This document shows positions 9,999 to 17,090 of a stretch of 32,000 bases of DNA, piece after piece. Origin of the DNA: a virus. The notes below the pieces were generated by a model. The model was not told the DNA's origin, ran no database searches, and was given only the letters and a program-made list of their open reading frames with translations. The position numbers and the translations under genes were made by a program. The stretch is taken from positions 7,481-39,480 of IMG/VR virus record IMGVR_UViG_3300014963_000841. The stretch is one strand, 5' to 3'. Position 1 is the stretch's first letter, and each line of letters begins with the position of its first letter.

Positions 9999-10955
9999 TT
10001 ATTCACCCCAAACACCGTTAACAGCTTCTTCATCAAGAGTGCTGCCACCAGCTTTATATTCCATTTTGATGTGGCCATACGCTGAACAGCGACAGTTAGG
10101 GTGCATTGGGTACATGTTAACCCCTTTCTCTGCCTTGTTAATTGGTATGGCTTTTCTATCTAGGGGCTTACAGATATCGCAAGCTCCACTTTCAGCAACA
10201 TAGATTAAATGCGTGAAGTCATTCTCTTTCAGTATCATCAATTCTGTATCAGCATTAATGCGAGCTATTTCGGTCTTGAGCAATCGTTGGGCGTTGGCTT
10301 GGCTTGTGTTATATTTCTTAGCTAATCGCTGCCGTTCCTGCTTAAAACCGTCCATGTCGGTGAAGATACGTGCTAACGAGCTAAACACATCCTTCTGCAT
10401 GTTTCCATGAAGTCCATTCCTGCCCCAAACTCTGCAACTAAAATTCTGCCCGTAGAAATCAGCGTCTAAAATTGCTCTCATACGACTTACCGCATTGACA
10501 GCAGAATTGCCCAGAATACCCGCTTGGCGCTTAAATTCAGCTAAGTATTCACTCTCACGCGCCTCGTCGAAGACTTCGTTAACGTCTGATATAAGACTAG
10601 CTATTTCAAGCCTTAATTCTGCTTTGAGTAGCTCCAACCGACTGACTTTCATTTTTAAGTTAAACATTCTTAGCCATTGGTTAGTGCCGTGTGAGAAATC
10701 CTTCTCGACTACTGCCTTTCTTGCTCGGTCTCTATACTCAGTGACATCGAACTCATTAGCTCGCTTCATAGCTTCGGCACGGCTTAGCCCCTCTTTGTCA
10801 GCGTAGCGCATGTAAAAGCCGTTTATTTGGCTCTGCATACGGTTATATGACGCTTGATAAAGCTCTTTTAAGACCTTGTCACGCTCTATGTCACGCTTGA
10901 TTAGGTCTGATTGCGCTTTTCTCTCGGCATTGTAGCGTTCATTATTCGTCATCAT
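9999..10955 (-). CDS. Minor head / head morphogenesis protein (SPP1 gp7 / Mu F-like)
   Basis: The ORF follows the portal gene. A C-terminal Cys cluster (CDICKPL...HPNCRCS) is typical of this family. The ATG pair at 10955/10952 is the likely start. Confidence 0.7.
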   Translation of the reverse strand: MMTNNERYNAERKAQSDLIKRDIERDKVLKELYQASYNRMQSQINGFYMRYADKEGLSRAEAMKRANEFDVTEYRDRARKAVVEKDFSHGTNQWLRMFNLKMKVSRLELLKAELRLEIASLISDVNEVFDEARESEYLAEFKRQAGILGNSAVNAVSRMRAILDADFYGQNFSCRVWGRNGLHGNMQKDVFSSLARIFTDMDGFKQERQRLAKKYNTSQANAQRLLKTEIARINADTELMILKENDFTHLIYVAESGACDICKPLDRKAIPINKAEKGVNMYPMHPNCRCSAYGHIKMEYKAGGSTLDEEAVNGVWGE

Positions 10956-12441
10956 CCTCAACACCTACAATCTGACTAACTTCTAGATCAGTAGCTCCGC
11001 CCTCTTTGAGCAAACGGCTCTTTTCTTTGCGAGCGTCTGTGAAGCTAGCTGATTCCATAAGCGTCTCTTGTGAGATTTCCATGCCGGAATTGATAGCAGA
11101 TTGAATCTCAGCCCATACATCCGTTGGCAGGTTCTCATGGAACGTAAATGTCAGCATGTCAGCGTCCACTGGTTCGATACCTTTGAGATTGTTAGATAGC
11201 AACTCAAGCAGCTTATAGCGTCGTCTGAGCGCCTTGACAAAGAACCCACGCTTAACGGCTGTAACTTGCTGCAAATCAACTAGCTTGTAGCGGATAGCGA
11301 TCCCAGACGTAGCTGAGAAAGTCGAATCGTCTTGCAAGTTAGGCAATCCAACAATGCGGAAGAAGTCTTTAATCAAACGTGATTTATACGCTTCGACACC
11401 GCTGACATCATATTGTTTGTAGATATAGCCGGCATCTAGTGACGTTTGCTGCCCGTTGTGTCCGACACCACTCTCAAGTACTAGCATGTTAGCGTGCTTC
11501 ATTTTCATGATGTCAGACGCATTCATGCCAGTACTTTCGACATCACCCTTGATAACCAGCATGGCATCGTTAAGGTCTGACATGTAGTTAGCTGTGTCCG
11601 ACTCTGCTGCGTCGTAAGCGTCAATGATTGGAATCCCTTTCTCCCAATCTCCCGAACGCTCTCGGTTATTCTGCCATTCAACTACCGGCACCATTCCGAA
11701 CGGGTTTTCTTTACGCTCGATTTCCTGCCAGTTTGGATCATAGCTGACAATCTTGCTATCAGTGTAGACCGTGACAAACATTTCACCGTTGTACACTGGG
11801 CAATGAACAGCCGCAATGATATCTTTTCGGACGTCTGCGCTACGGATTGTGAACATCTCCCTTGCATCAATCAAGACCACTGCTGGATTGCCAAACTCAT
11901 CATAATAATGCAGCTCAAACGCTCGCCCAAAACGTGAAGCGTCATAGACTAACTCACGGTTAAGAGCTTCAATGTCGTTGTAAGCGTTGAAGTCATCAAT
12001 AGCCGTCAAGTCGCTGTCAGTGTCAGTAGCACCAATTGAAATAGGTTGACCCACCGTATAACCAGTGAAGAAGCGGCTAGCTTGTCCGCCCAGATCATGC
12101 CTAATACGGTAGTCAGCTTTCTCTGGCTCTAGTCGTTTACGACCATTTAGAATGGTGTAGTTGTTCCCGTTTGAGTAGCTCTCTAGGATATTCAAGCGGT
12201 CTATCTGTCCATCTTGGAACTGAGCTACCATCTTCTCTAACTTCTCTCGCCCTTGAAACGTGTCCACTAGGTCGTCAGCTGATTGAGCCATGAAGTGGGT
12301 GTTAGCTTCTTTCGGAAAACGAAGGAAGTCTTCACGTTTCTGCAAGCTAGTCGGTTCCATGTCTCGCTCAAATTGGTATGATCTAGGAATGTACTGTCCT
12401 TCATGTAAAATGTCGTCAGCACTATGTGTTGTGTTCGTCAT
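10942..12441 (-). CDS. Portal protein
   Basis: 499-aa ORF immediately downstream of TerL, with an acidic C-terminus (VEDDDE). Confidence 0.85.
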   Translation of the reverse strand: MTNTTHSADDILHEGQYIPRSYQFERDMEPTSLQKREDFLRFPKEANTHFMAQSADDLVDTFQGREKLEKMVAQFQDGQIDRLNILESYSNGNNYTILNGRKRLEPEKADYRIRHDLGGQASRFFTGYTVGQPISIGATDTDSDLTAIDDFNAYNDIEALNRELVYDASRFGRAFELHYYDEFGNPAVVLIDAREMFTIRSADVRKDIIAAVHCPVYNGEMFVTVYTDSKIVSYDPNWQEIERKENPFGMVPVVEWQNNRERSGDWEKGIPIIDAYDAAESDTANYMSDLNDAMLVIKGDVESTGMNASDIMKMKHANMLVLESGVGHNGQQTSLDAGYIYKQYDVSGVEAYKSRLIKDFFRIVGLPNLQDDSTFSATSGIAIRYKLVDLQQVTAVKRGFFVKALRRRYKLLELLSNNLKGIEPVDADMLTFTFHENLPTDVWAEIQSAINSGMEISQETLMESASFTDARKEKSRLLKEGGATDLEVSQIVGVEDDDE

Positions 12442-12442
12442 T

Positions 12443-13723
12443 CTATCTCCTTATCAATTTGTTAACCCGTCTAATCTTAGCGTCTACATCCTGCCTATCC
12501 TTGACGAAAATAAGGTTTTGCAGTGCGTACCTAATAGCGTCGATACAGTGGTTATAGCTATCGCATGGCTTGTTGATGTACTCGTTTGTATGCTTGTCCT
12601 TCTGCCATGTATAGTTCTCAAGCTCCTCAATCGTCTTGACACATCTTTCATCGACAATGATGTCGAACTGTTGCAAAAATTGAATCCCTTGTAGAACTGA
12701 GCCTTTGCCCTTGTCTACCGGAATAGCTCGACGCAAGCCCAGTGTTTGCAGTTCAGCAATAGATTTCTGCTCTGCTGAGTCGGCCATAATCACCTCTTTT
12801 GAATAACCAAGGCTAGTAATAGCTTCTGCTATCTGGTTGTTAAGCAAGCCCTTCTTGACATATTCCTCTAGGATATATAACCGCTTATTCTCTCGGTCTA
12901 TTTTGACGTGCATAAACGCCGTGGGGTCGTTTGTGAATCCGAAGTCAAGACCAAAAAAGGACGGTAGCTGTTTAAGCTCGTCCTTATTGAGTAATCTCTT
13001 TTCATACTTCGGAAATACTAGCTTGTCAAGAGTGGCAAACTCACCCAAAGCATAGATTTTGTAGTAGGCTTCGTTTCTGTTGGCTAGTTCCTCGATATTC
13101 TCCTTGGTCAAGTCATCCAGAAAGCGATTATCCTTGTACGTCGTTTGATAAACCACTGTATTCTTAGGGCTCTTCACAAAGAATGCGTTATATACCCAGT
13201 TGGCCTTAGACACTGGGTTAAACATCAAATAGATTTGTTTCTGCTTGTGAGCCTTATCCCTCAAGCGAAGTGTTAACTGCGTGTAATCATCAAGCGTAAA
13301 CTCTGACGCTTCTTCCATGACCACGTCTGAAATGCCTTTGATTGACTTGATTTTCTCTGGGTTATCCATCCCTTTAAAAATCAGTTCAGCTCCGTTTGGT
13401 AATTCAATACGGAATGCGCTCATGTTAACCTTGCATAGATTAAGCACACCGAAATAGGACAAGGCTGCTTGCACATCCGCAAACACCGAGTCACGAACCG
13501 TAGAGCCTACTTTTCGCAATATCAATATTTTTCGGGGTTTATCCCACTTTTTAAGAGCCTTGAGGACTATTTTTTGGAAGACGCCGTGACTCTTACCGCT
13601 AGATGCTCCGCCGTAGTGTACCTCGGTGAATGTGTCATAATCAAATAGATGTTCATAGATATGCCGATTAAACACCTTGCTTGGATTGATTTCAAGATTA
13701 ATCGTCATTCCATTCACCGACAT
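12443..13723 (-). CDS. terL: Terminase large subunit
   Basis: Walker A-like GGASSGKS is near the N-terminus. A 426-aa ORF following terS. The ATG at 13708 is an alternative start with an SD-like GGTGA. Confidence 0.9.
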   Translation of the reverse strand: MSVNGMTINLEINPSKVFNRHIYEHLFDYDTFTEVHYGGASSGKSHGVFQKIVLKALKKWDKPRKILILRKVGSTVRDSVFADVQAALSYFGVLNLCKVNMSAFRIELPNGAELIFKGMDNPEKIKSIKGISDVVMEEASEFTLDDYTQLTLRLRDKAHKQKQIYLMFNPVSKANWVYNAFFVKSPKNTVVYQTTYKDNRFLDDLTKENIEELANRNEAYYKIYALGEFATLDKLVFPKYEKRLLNKDELKQLPSFFGLDFGFTNDPTAFMHVKIDRENKRLYILEEYVKKGLLNNQIAEAITSLGYSKEVIMADSAEQKSIAELQTLGLRRAIPVDKGKGSVLQGIQFLQQFDIIVDERCVKTIEELENYTWQKDKHTNEYINKPCDSYNHCIDAIRYALQNLIFVKDRQDVDAKIRRVNKLIRR

Positions 13724-14141
13724 TAATATTGATATTTTGCGTTACATCAGCTTCGACCTTATCTGTCCACATCCTATAGCGCTTACCGATATCAACTGCC
13801 GCAGCCCGACGAGTAGCTACATTCGGTTTAGCTTGAGCAATGCGTTGCATACCCTCACCATCTAGGACAAGTAATGGCTCTTCAACCTCTCCACGCATGA
13901 CAGCAGTTAGAAACTCCATGACCTCTTGTTGATCCGCAACCCGTTCCGACTTTAATTTTTCAAGCTGCTCGTCTATATAAGCCTTGATGTTAGCTTTAGC
14001 AAGCAGTCGGCTTCCGTTAGCTTTCGCAACGTCATTGTTCTTAATATTAGGATAAGCCTTCTTATACGCTTGCGAAGCATTTAGGCTGATGATGTACTCA
14101 TCGGCAAACTTCATTTGTTTCTCGGTCATCCCATTTTCCAT
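13698..14141 (-). CDS. terS: Terminase small subunit
   Basis: The segment MTEKQMKFADEYIISLNASQAYKKAYP...AKANGSRLL is the typical terminase small-subunit HTH N-terminus. AAGGAG lies just upstream. The track's upstream extension to 14240 is unlikely to be coding. Confidence 0.85.
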   Translation of the reverse strand: MENGMTEKQMKFADEYIISLNASQAYKKAYPNIKNNDVAKANGSRLLAKANIKAYIDEQLEKLKSERVADQQEVMEFLTAVMRGEVEEPLLVLDGEGMQRIAQAKPNVATRRAAAVDIGKRYRMWTDKVEADVTQNININVGEWNDD

Positions 14142-14210
14142 CAACTCCTTTCTGATACTGAAAAAGACAACCCACAAAGTGAGCTGTCTCTGTTTTTCTT
14201 CGATAATATA

Positions 14211-14219
14211 ATAATACCA
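14211..14219 (-). promoter_or_regulatory. Candidate late promoter -10 (TGgTATTAT) between arpU and terS, with no -35
   Basis: The minus strand reads TGGTATTAT. The missing -35 fits an activator-dependent late promoter. Confidence 0.3.
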
Positions 14220-14269
14220 CTTTAAACAGTTGTTAGACACCGTGAATTAACCGTCAAAATACCGTTATT

Positions 14270-14686
14270 TCAACGTTCCACAACTAATTTGCCATCTCTA
14301 TACAATTCTGCAAATGCTAGGATAGCATTATTTAGCAATCCTTGAAAGGCTGTCCTTTCGAATCCGATTGCTTGGGCAATTTGCCAGTTTGGTTTCGGTG
14401 GGTATGCCAGATATTTCTCTATCAGTATTCTGCGATAGTCTGGACGATATAGCCCACTAACTGCTTGCTCTATGGCTTCTAGCTCGTTCATAGCATCGAC
14501 ACGCCTAACTGCGATATTTTCCACTGGTCTACTCACTCCGCTGCCACCTCTTGGCATAAAAGTGAACTCTTGTGTAATCTTCTGCTCAGCGCTATCGTGT
14601 GCTATCTCTCGCCAGCGTGGATATTCTCGAAGTTTCCGCTTGCAACCTCTGATAGTTGCTTTCTCATCAATTTCCGGCAATAGCAT
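14270..14686 (-). CDS. arpU: ArpU-family late transcriptional regulator
   Basis: 138-aa ORF directly upstream of terS. The segments KRKLREYPRWREIA and LIEKYL resemble the ArpU/sigma-region-4-like family. Confidence 0.75.
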   Translation of the reverse strand: MLLPEIDEKATIRGCKRKLREYPRWREIAHDSAEQKITQEFTFMPRGGSGVSRPVENIAVRRVDAMNELEAIEQAVSGLYRPDYRRILIEKYLAYPPKPNWQIAQAIGFERTAFQGLLNNAILAFAELYRDGKLVVER

Positions 14687-14700
14687 TGTTCTGTCCTCTT

Positions 14701-14760
14701 TGGTATAATAGTAGTGTTGACTTCCAAAGAGTGCCGGCCATTGTGTCGGTCTTTTTTGTT
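14701..14760 (+). ncRNA. Candidate short antisense transcription unit A (extended -10 plus terminator)
   Basis: TGGTATAAT at 14701-14709, a CCGGC/GTCGG hairpin at 14734-14749, then CTTTTTTGTT. It is antisense to the arpU leader. Confidence 0.3.
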
Positions 14761-14835
14761 TGGCCCAAAAAACATTAAGAAGTTTTATAAGAGAAAGATT
14801 AATGTATTTGTTTTGGGTTGTCTCTTGAGCCTTTT

Positions 14836-14847
14836 ATCACCTCCTTC
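14836..14847 (-). promoter_or_regulatory. Orphan Shine-Dalgarno-like site (GAAGGAGGTGAT) with no usable start codon
   Basis: A 12-nt match to the complement of the 16S rRNA 3' end. There is no ATG, GTG or TTG within 4-13 nt downstream. Confidence 0.4.
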
Positions 14848-15054
14848 TAGCCATCGACACCAGCAAGATCTTTGGCTTTTGATTAGTAATGCGATATCTA
14901 TGAGAAAGAGGGTGTTTCACATCCTTTTTTCTTAAATTTGCTGGGTTTTGTTTGAGCAAGGTCTGTCAGCTTGCTCAGTGTTGAAAAGTGTCCAAGCCAC
15001 TAAAAATCTATATATTTATTTAGCTTCATTTTTTTAGTGTATTTGACAGACAAT

Positions 15055-15095
15055 GACTGGCAAGAGGAATCGAACCTCTTATAACCATTCCAGCC
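15055..15095 (-). ncRNA. tRNA-like minihelix E2 (acceptor-like stem plus canonical T-arm; no D or anticodon arms)
   Basis: The minus strand reads GGCTGGAA-TGGTTATA-AGAGG-TTCGATT-CCTCT-TGCCAGTC. It has G53, a T54-T55-C56-R57-A58 loop and C61-type geometry. Confidence 0.45.
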
Positions 15096-15392
15096 TAGAC
15101 ATAGTGAAATCATTATCGGGGATATTCCCCTTTCGTTTTTTGAAATAATACAAGAATTAAGTCGGTGAATTATGGAGATTTCTGACCTATATCTACTTGC
15201 AGGCATAAGCCTTGAATAATCACGCCACCAGTAATGCGTTTTAGATTTTGTGAATAATAAATAAAGGAATACCTACTTTCTATATTTTAGATTTACTGGA
15301 TTTGGGTAGCATCAACGACCAGTCACGCTTCTGCCGATTTGAATGAAAAGAAATCAAAAGGCTCCTCTTTTCTAATATATATTGACTGGTAA

Positions 15393-15434
15393 TAGCTAGC
15401 GAGGGAGTCGAACCCTCATAGACCGTTCTAGCTA
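15393..15434 (-). ncRNA. tRNA-like minihelix E1 (acceptor-like stem plus canonical T-arm; no D or anticodon arms)
   Basis: The minus strand reads TAGCTAG-AACGGTCTAT-GAGGG-TTCGACT-CCCTC-GCTAGCTA. It starts in the stop codon of ORF 15432..15638. Confidence 0.45.
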
Positions 15435-15638
15435 CACGCCTAACGCATAGGCTTTATATAAGGCTTTTCTAACCGTGGTCTTATTACGCCCCACCTCGCC
15501 TTTAGTTCGGTACTCAAGCATAATTCGATCAGCATCATCATCCAGTCTATCGGGCCAATCGTAGTTATTGAAGACATAATCAACGATTTTGCTGAATAAG
15601 TCTCGTGACAGCATCCCTTCCATTTGAATAGCCTTCAA
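15432..15638 (-). CDS. Hypothetical early protein, sharing a module with the middle of ORF 15663..16139
   Basis: In this 68-aa ORF, MEGMLSRDLFSKIVDYVFNNY aligns with LEGIISVELFNDLQDYLSTNY of the upstream gene. Confidence 0.5.
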   Translation of the reverse strand: MKAIQMEGMLSRDLFSKIVDYVFNNYDWPDRLDDDADRIMLEYRTKGEVGRNKTTVRKALYKAYALGV

Positions 15639-15662
15639 AGGCGTTAGGGCGGCTTTCTCTGC

Positions 15663-16139
15663 TTAGCAACAATTGATGGCGTTTTGGACTTTGTTAGCTT
15701 GCTTCTTATCGCAACCTTTAATGTCTCTGATGTACTTGTTTAGGTCGTTAGGGTGTTCCTTGCGTAGTCCTTCCACTTCCTCCCGGAATCGCTTAAACAG
15801 TCCCTCTGGCAGTCCTGCGTTGATTTTATCCAAAAATGGGCGCGTGGTTTTACCTCTTGTGTAATTAGTAGACAGATAATCTTGCAGGTCGTTGAATAGT
15901 TCAACGGAAATAATGCCTTCTAGTCTATCGACAGTCGCTGGCGATAGACTCGCACGTTCAACGACTGCGCTATTAAACGCTTGATAAATGATACGTGCTT
16001 GTAACTCACTGCACTGTTTCACATCTTGGAAGAACCGCTTATAATCTCTCGGGTGTGCTTTCCTCAGTGATGCATGCTCGCTGACTAACCGTTGATATAA
16101 TTCTGGTGTCAGCCCTGAATATTGGTATGTTTTACTCAT
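15663..16139 (-). CDS. Hypothetical early protein with an internal duplication
   Basis: The 158-aa ORF has two ~47-aa repeats: LYQRLVSEHASLRKAHPRDYKRFFQDVKQC... and LFKRFREEVEGLRKEHPNDLNKYIRDIKGC... Confidence 0.55.
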   Translation of the reverse strand: MSKTYQYSGLTPELYQRLVSEHASLRKAHPRDYKRFFQDVKQCSELQARIIYQAFNSAVVERASLSPATVDRLEGIISVELFNDLQDYLSTNYTRGKTTRPFLDKINAGLPEGLFKRFREEVEGLRKEHPNDLNKYIRDIKGCDKKQANKVQNAINCC

Positions 16140-16384
16140 GAGCCACGCCCCTCAATCACTTTGCAATCAGCGATATATCCCTCTAATGTTATTCCCACAG
16201 CTTCGAATGGGGCGTATTCGCACACAGTTCTCTTAACCACCATTGTAGTAAGTGCTCTTGTGTTTCTTGGACCTCTACCGCAAATAATAGCTACGTCTCT
16301 CCTAAAGCGTTTTCGCTCGAAAGCCATATCATAAAGTTTAGATACATTTCTCATTGCTGATTTTTTCAATTGTCGTTTGTTCAT
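16136..16384 (-). CDS. Hypothetical basic early protein
   Basis: 82-aa ORF with 4-nt overlaps to both neighbours. Confidence 0.5.
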   Translation of the reverse strand: MNKRQLKKSAMRNVSKLYDMAFERKRFRRDVAIICGRGPRNTRALTTMVVKRTVCEYAPFEAVGITLEGYIADCKVIEGRGS

Positions 16385-16806
16385 TGTTTCACCTCTGCCA
16401 GTTTTGGATTTGTGTGTATGTTTCCGATGATTTCAACTTCGAAGATATCTGTGTTAAACAAATCGTATAGAGGAGTTTCTTCAATCTTTCTTTTAGTTTC
16501 CTTAGAAACAAACATCGCCTTGTTTTCGTTAAAAGATACAACTTCCAACCAGCTTGCTAGGTTGGTCACTTTAAGAACATCCCCCTCGAAGATTTCTCTA
16601 TCGTTTTTGTCTCTCATTCCAGTTGATTGCATTAAAACGATATCGTCGAAATCGTAGTAGTCTAAATCTCGACTATCTGGCAATCCTTGCTCAAAATAGA
16701 TTGTTTGCACGCAAATTTCTTTTTCTTCGAAATTGATAGCGATAATATCATCAGCTCCGTACATTTCTTTTGTAGCTTTGTTCCATGCCCTAAATCTAGG
16801 TATCAT
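16381..16806 (-). CDS. YopX-family protein
   Basis: MIPRFRAWNK...MQSTGMRDKNDREIFEGDVL...IIGNIHTNPKL matches the YopX family pattern. Confidence 0.7.
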   Translation of the reverse strand: MIPRFRAWNKATKEMYGADDIIAINFEEKEICVQTIYFEQGLPDSRDLDYYDFDDIVLMQSTGMRDKNDREIFEGDVLKVTNLASWLEVVSFNENKAMFVSKETKRKIEETPLYDLFNTDIFEVEIIGNIHTNPKLAEVKQ

Positions 16807-17090
16807 TGTCCTCTCTCCTTCAAATAGCTAGGGATATCATCCCCAACGTTCACGCTATCGTACTGTTCCTTGCTGACAAGGAATTTCCCGTAAGCACCAC
16901 AATCGAGCGTGTAGAGTTTCCCGACCATGGATTTCCCGGTCACCTTGCCATGCAACTCAACGGCATTATCAGCCTTATGGATTACCACGGTCTCGATAGG
17001 TCGGTTGGTTACTCGTAGCACAGTATTCACGTTGATGGCTAGTGATATTACGAGCAAGATTGTAGCTATCGTTAAATCTTTATGCTTCAT
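16803..17090 (-). CDS. Small membrane-anchored phage protein (DUF1372-like)
   Basis: 95-aa ORF with an N-terminal hydrophobic helix (LTIATILLVISLAINV). Confidence 0.45.
   Translation of the reverse strand: MKHKDLTIATILLVISLAINVNTVLRVTNRPIETVVIHKADNAVELHGKVTGKSMVGKLYTLDCGAYGKFLVSKEQYDSVNVGDDIPSYLKERGQ

Larger units (their letters stand above)
14687..15431 (-). ncRNA. 745-bp ORF-free region; candidate structured non-coding RNA(s) or cis-acting DNA region
   Basis: No ORF has both a start codon and an SD. The region contains two tRNA-like T-arm minihelices, repeated CCAGTnA...TnACTGG modules, stable hairpins and an orphan SD. It is the longest non-coding stretch among the tightly packed phage genes in this window. 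Confidence 0.5.

Noticed and set aside
14141-14269. Attenuator or antiterminator hairpin in the terS leader (AGAGACA ... TGTCTTT followed by T-run)
   Set aside because: The stem is only 5-7 bp including a G:U, and it uses up part of its own U-run. That is too weak to call from sequence alone. Only the candidate -10 is listed, at low confidence.
14714-14935. 73-aa plus-strand ORF in the non-coding island
   Set aside because: It has no RBS, contains the plus-strand terminator-like hairpin near its start, and has low-complexity composition.
15000-15206. 68-aa minus-strand ORF in the non-coding island
   Set aside because: It has no SD before the ATG, a Cys-rich odd composition, and it runs straight through the tRNA-like T-arm. 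It is probably a chance ORF.
15055-15232. A complete tRNA with a long insertion, or a mini tmRNA. ACTGGTG (15232-15226) can pair perfectly with the 3' strand TGCCAGT of element E2.
   Set aside because: I could not build D or anticodon arms from the intervening 130 nt. There is no Ala-resume tag ORF ending in a tmRNA-like tag and no encoded CCA. The long-range pairing remains a possibility inside the larger ncRNA hypothesis, not a tRNA or tmRNA call.
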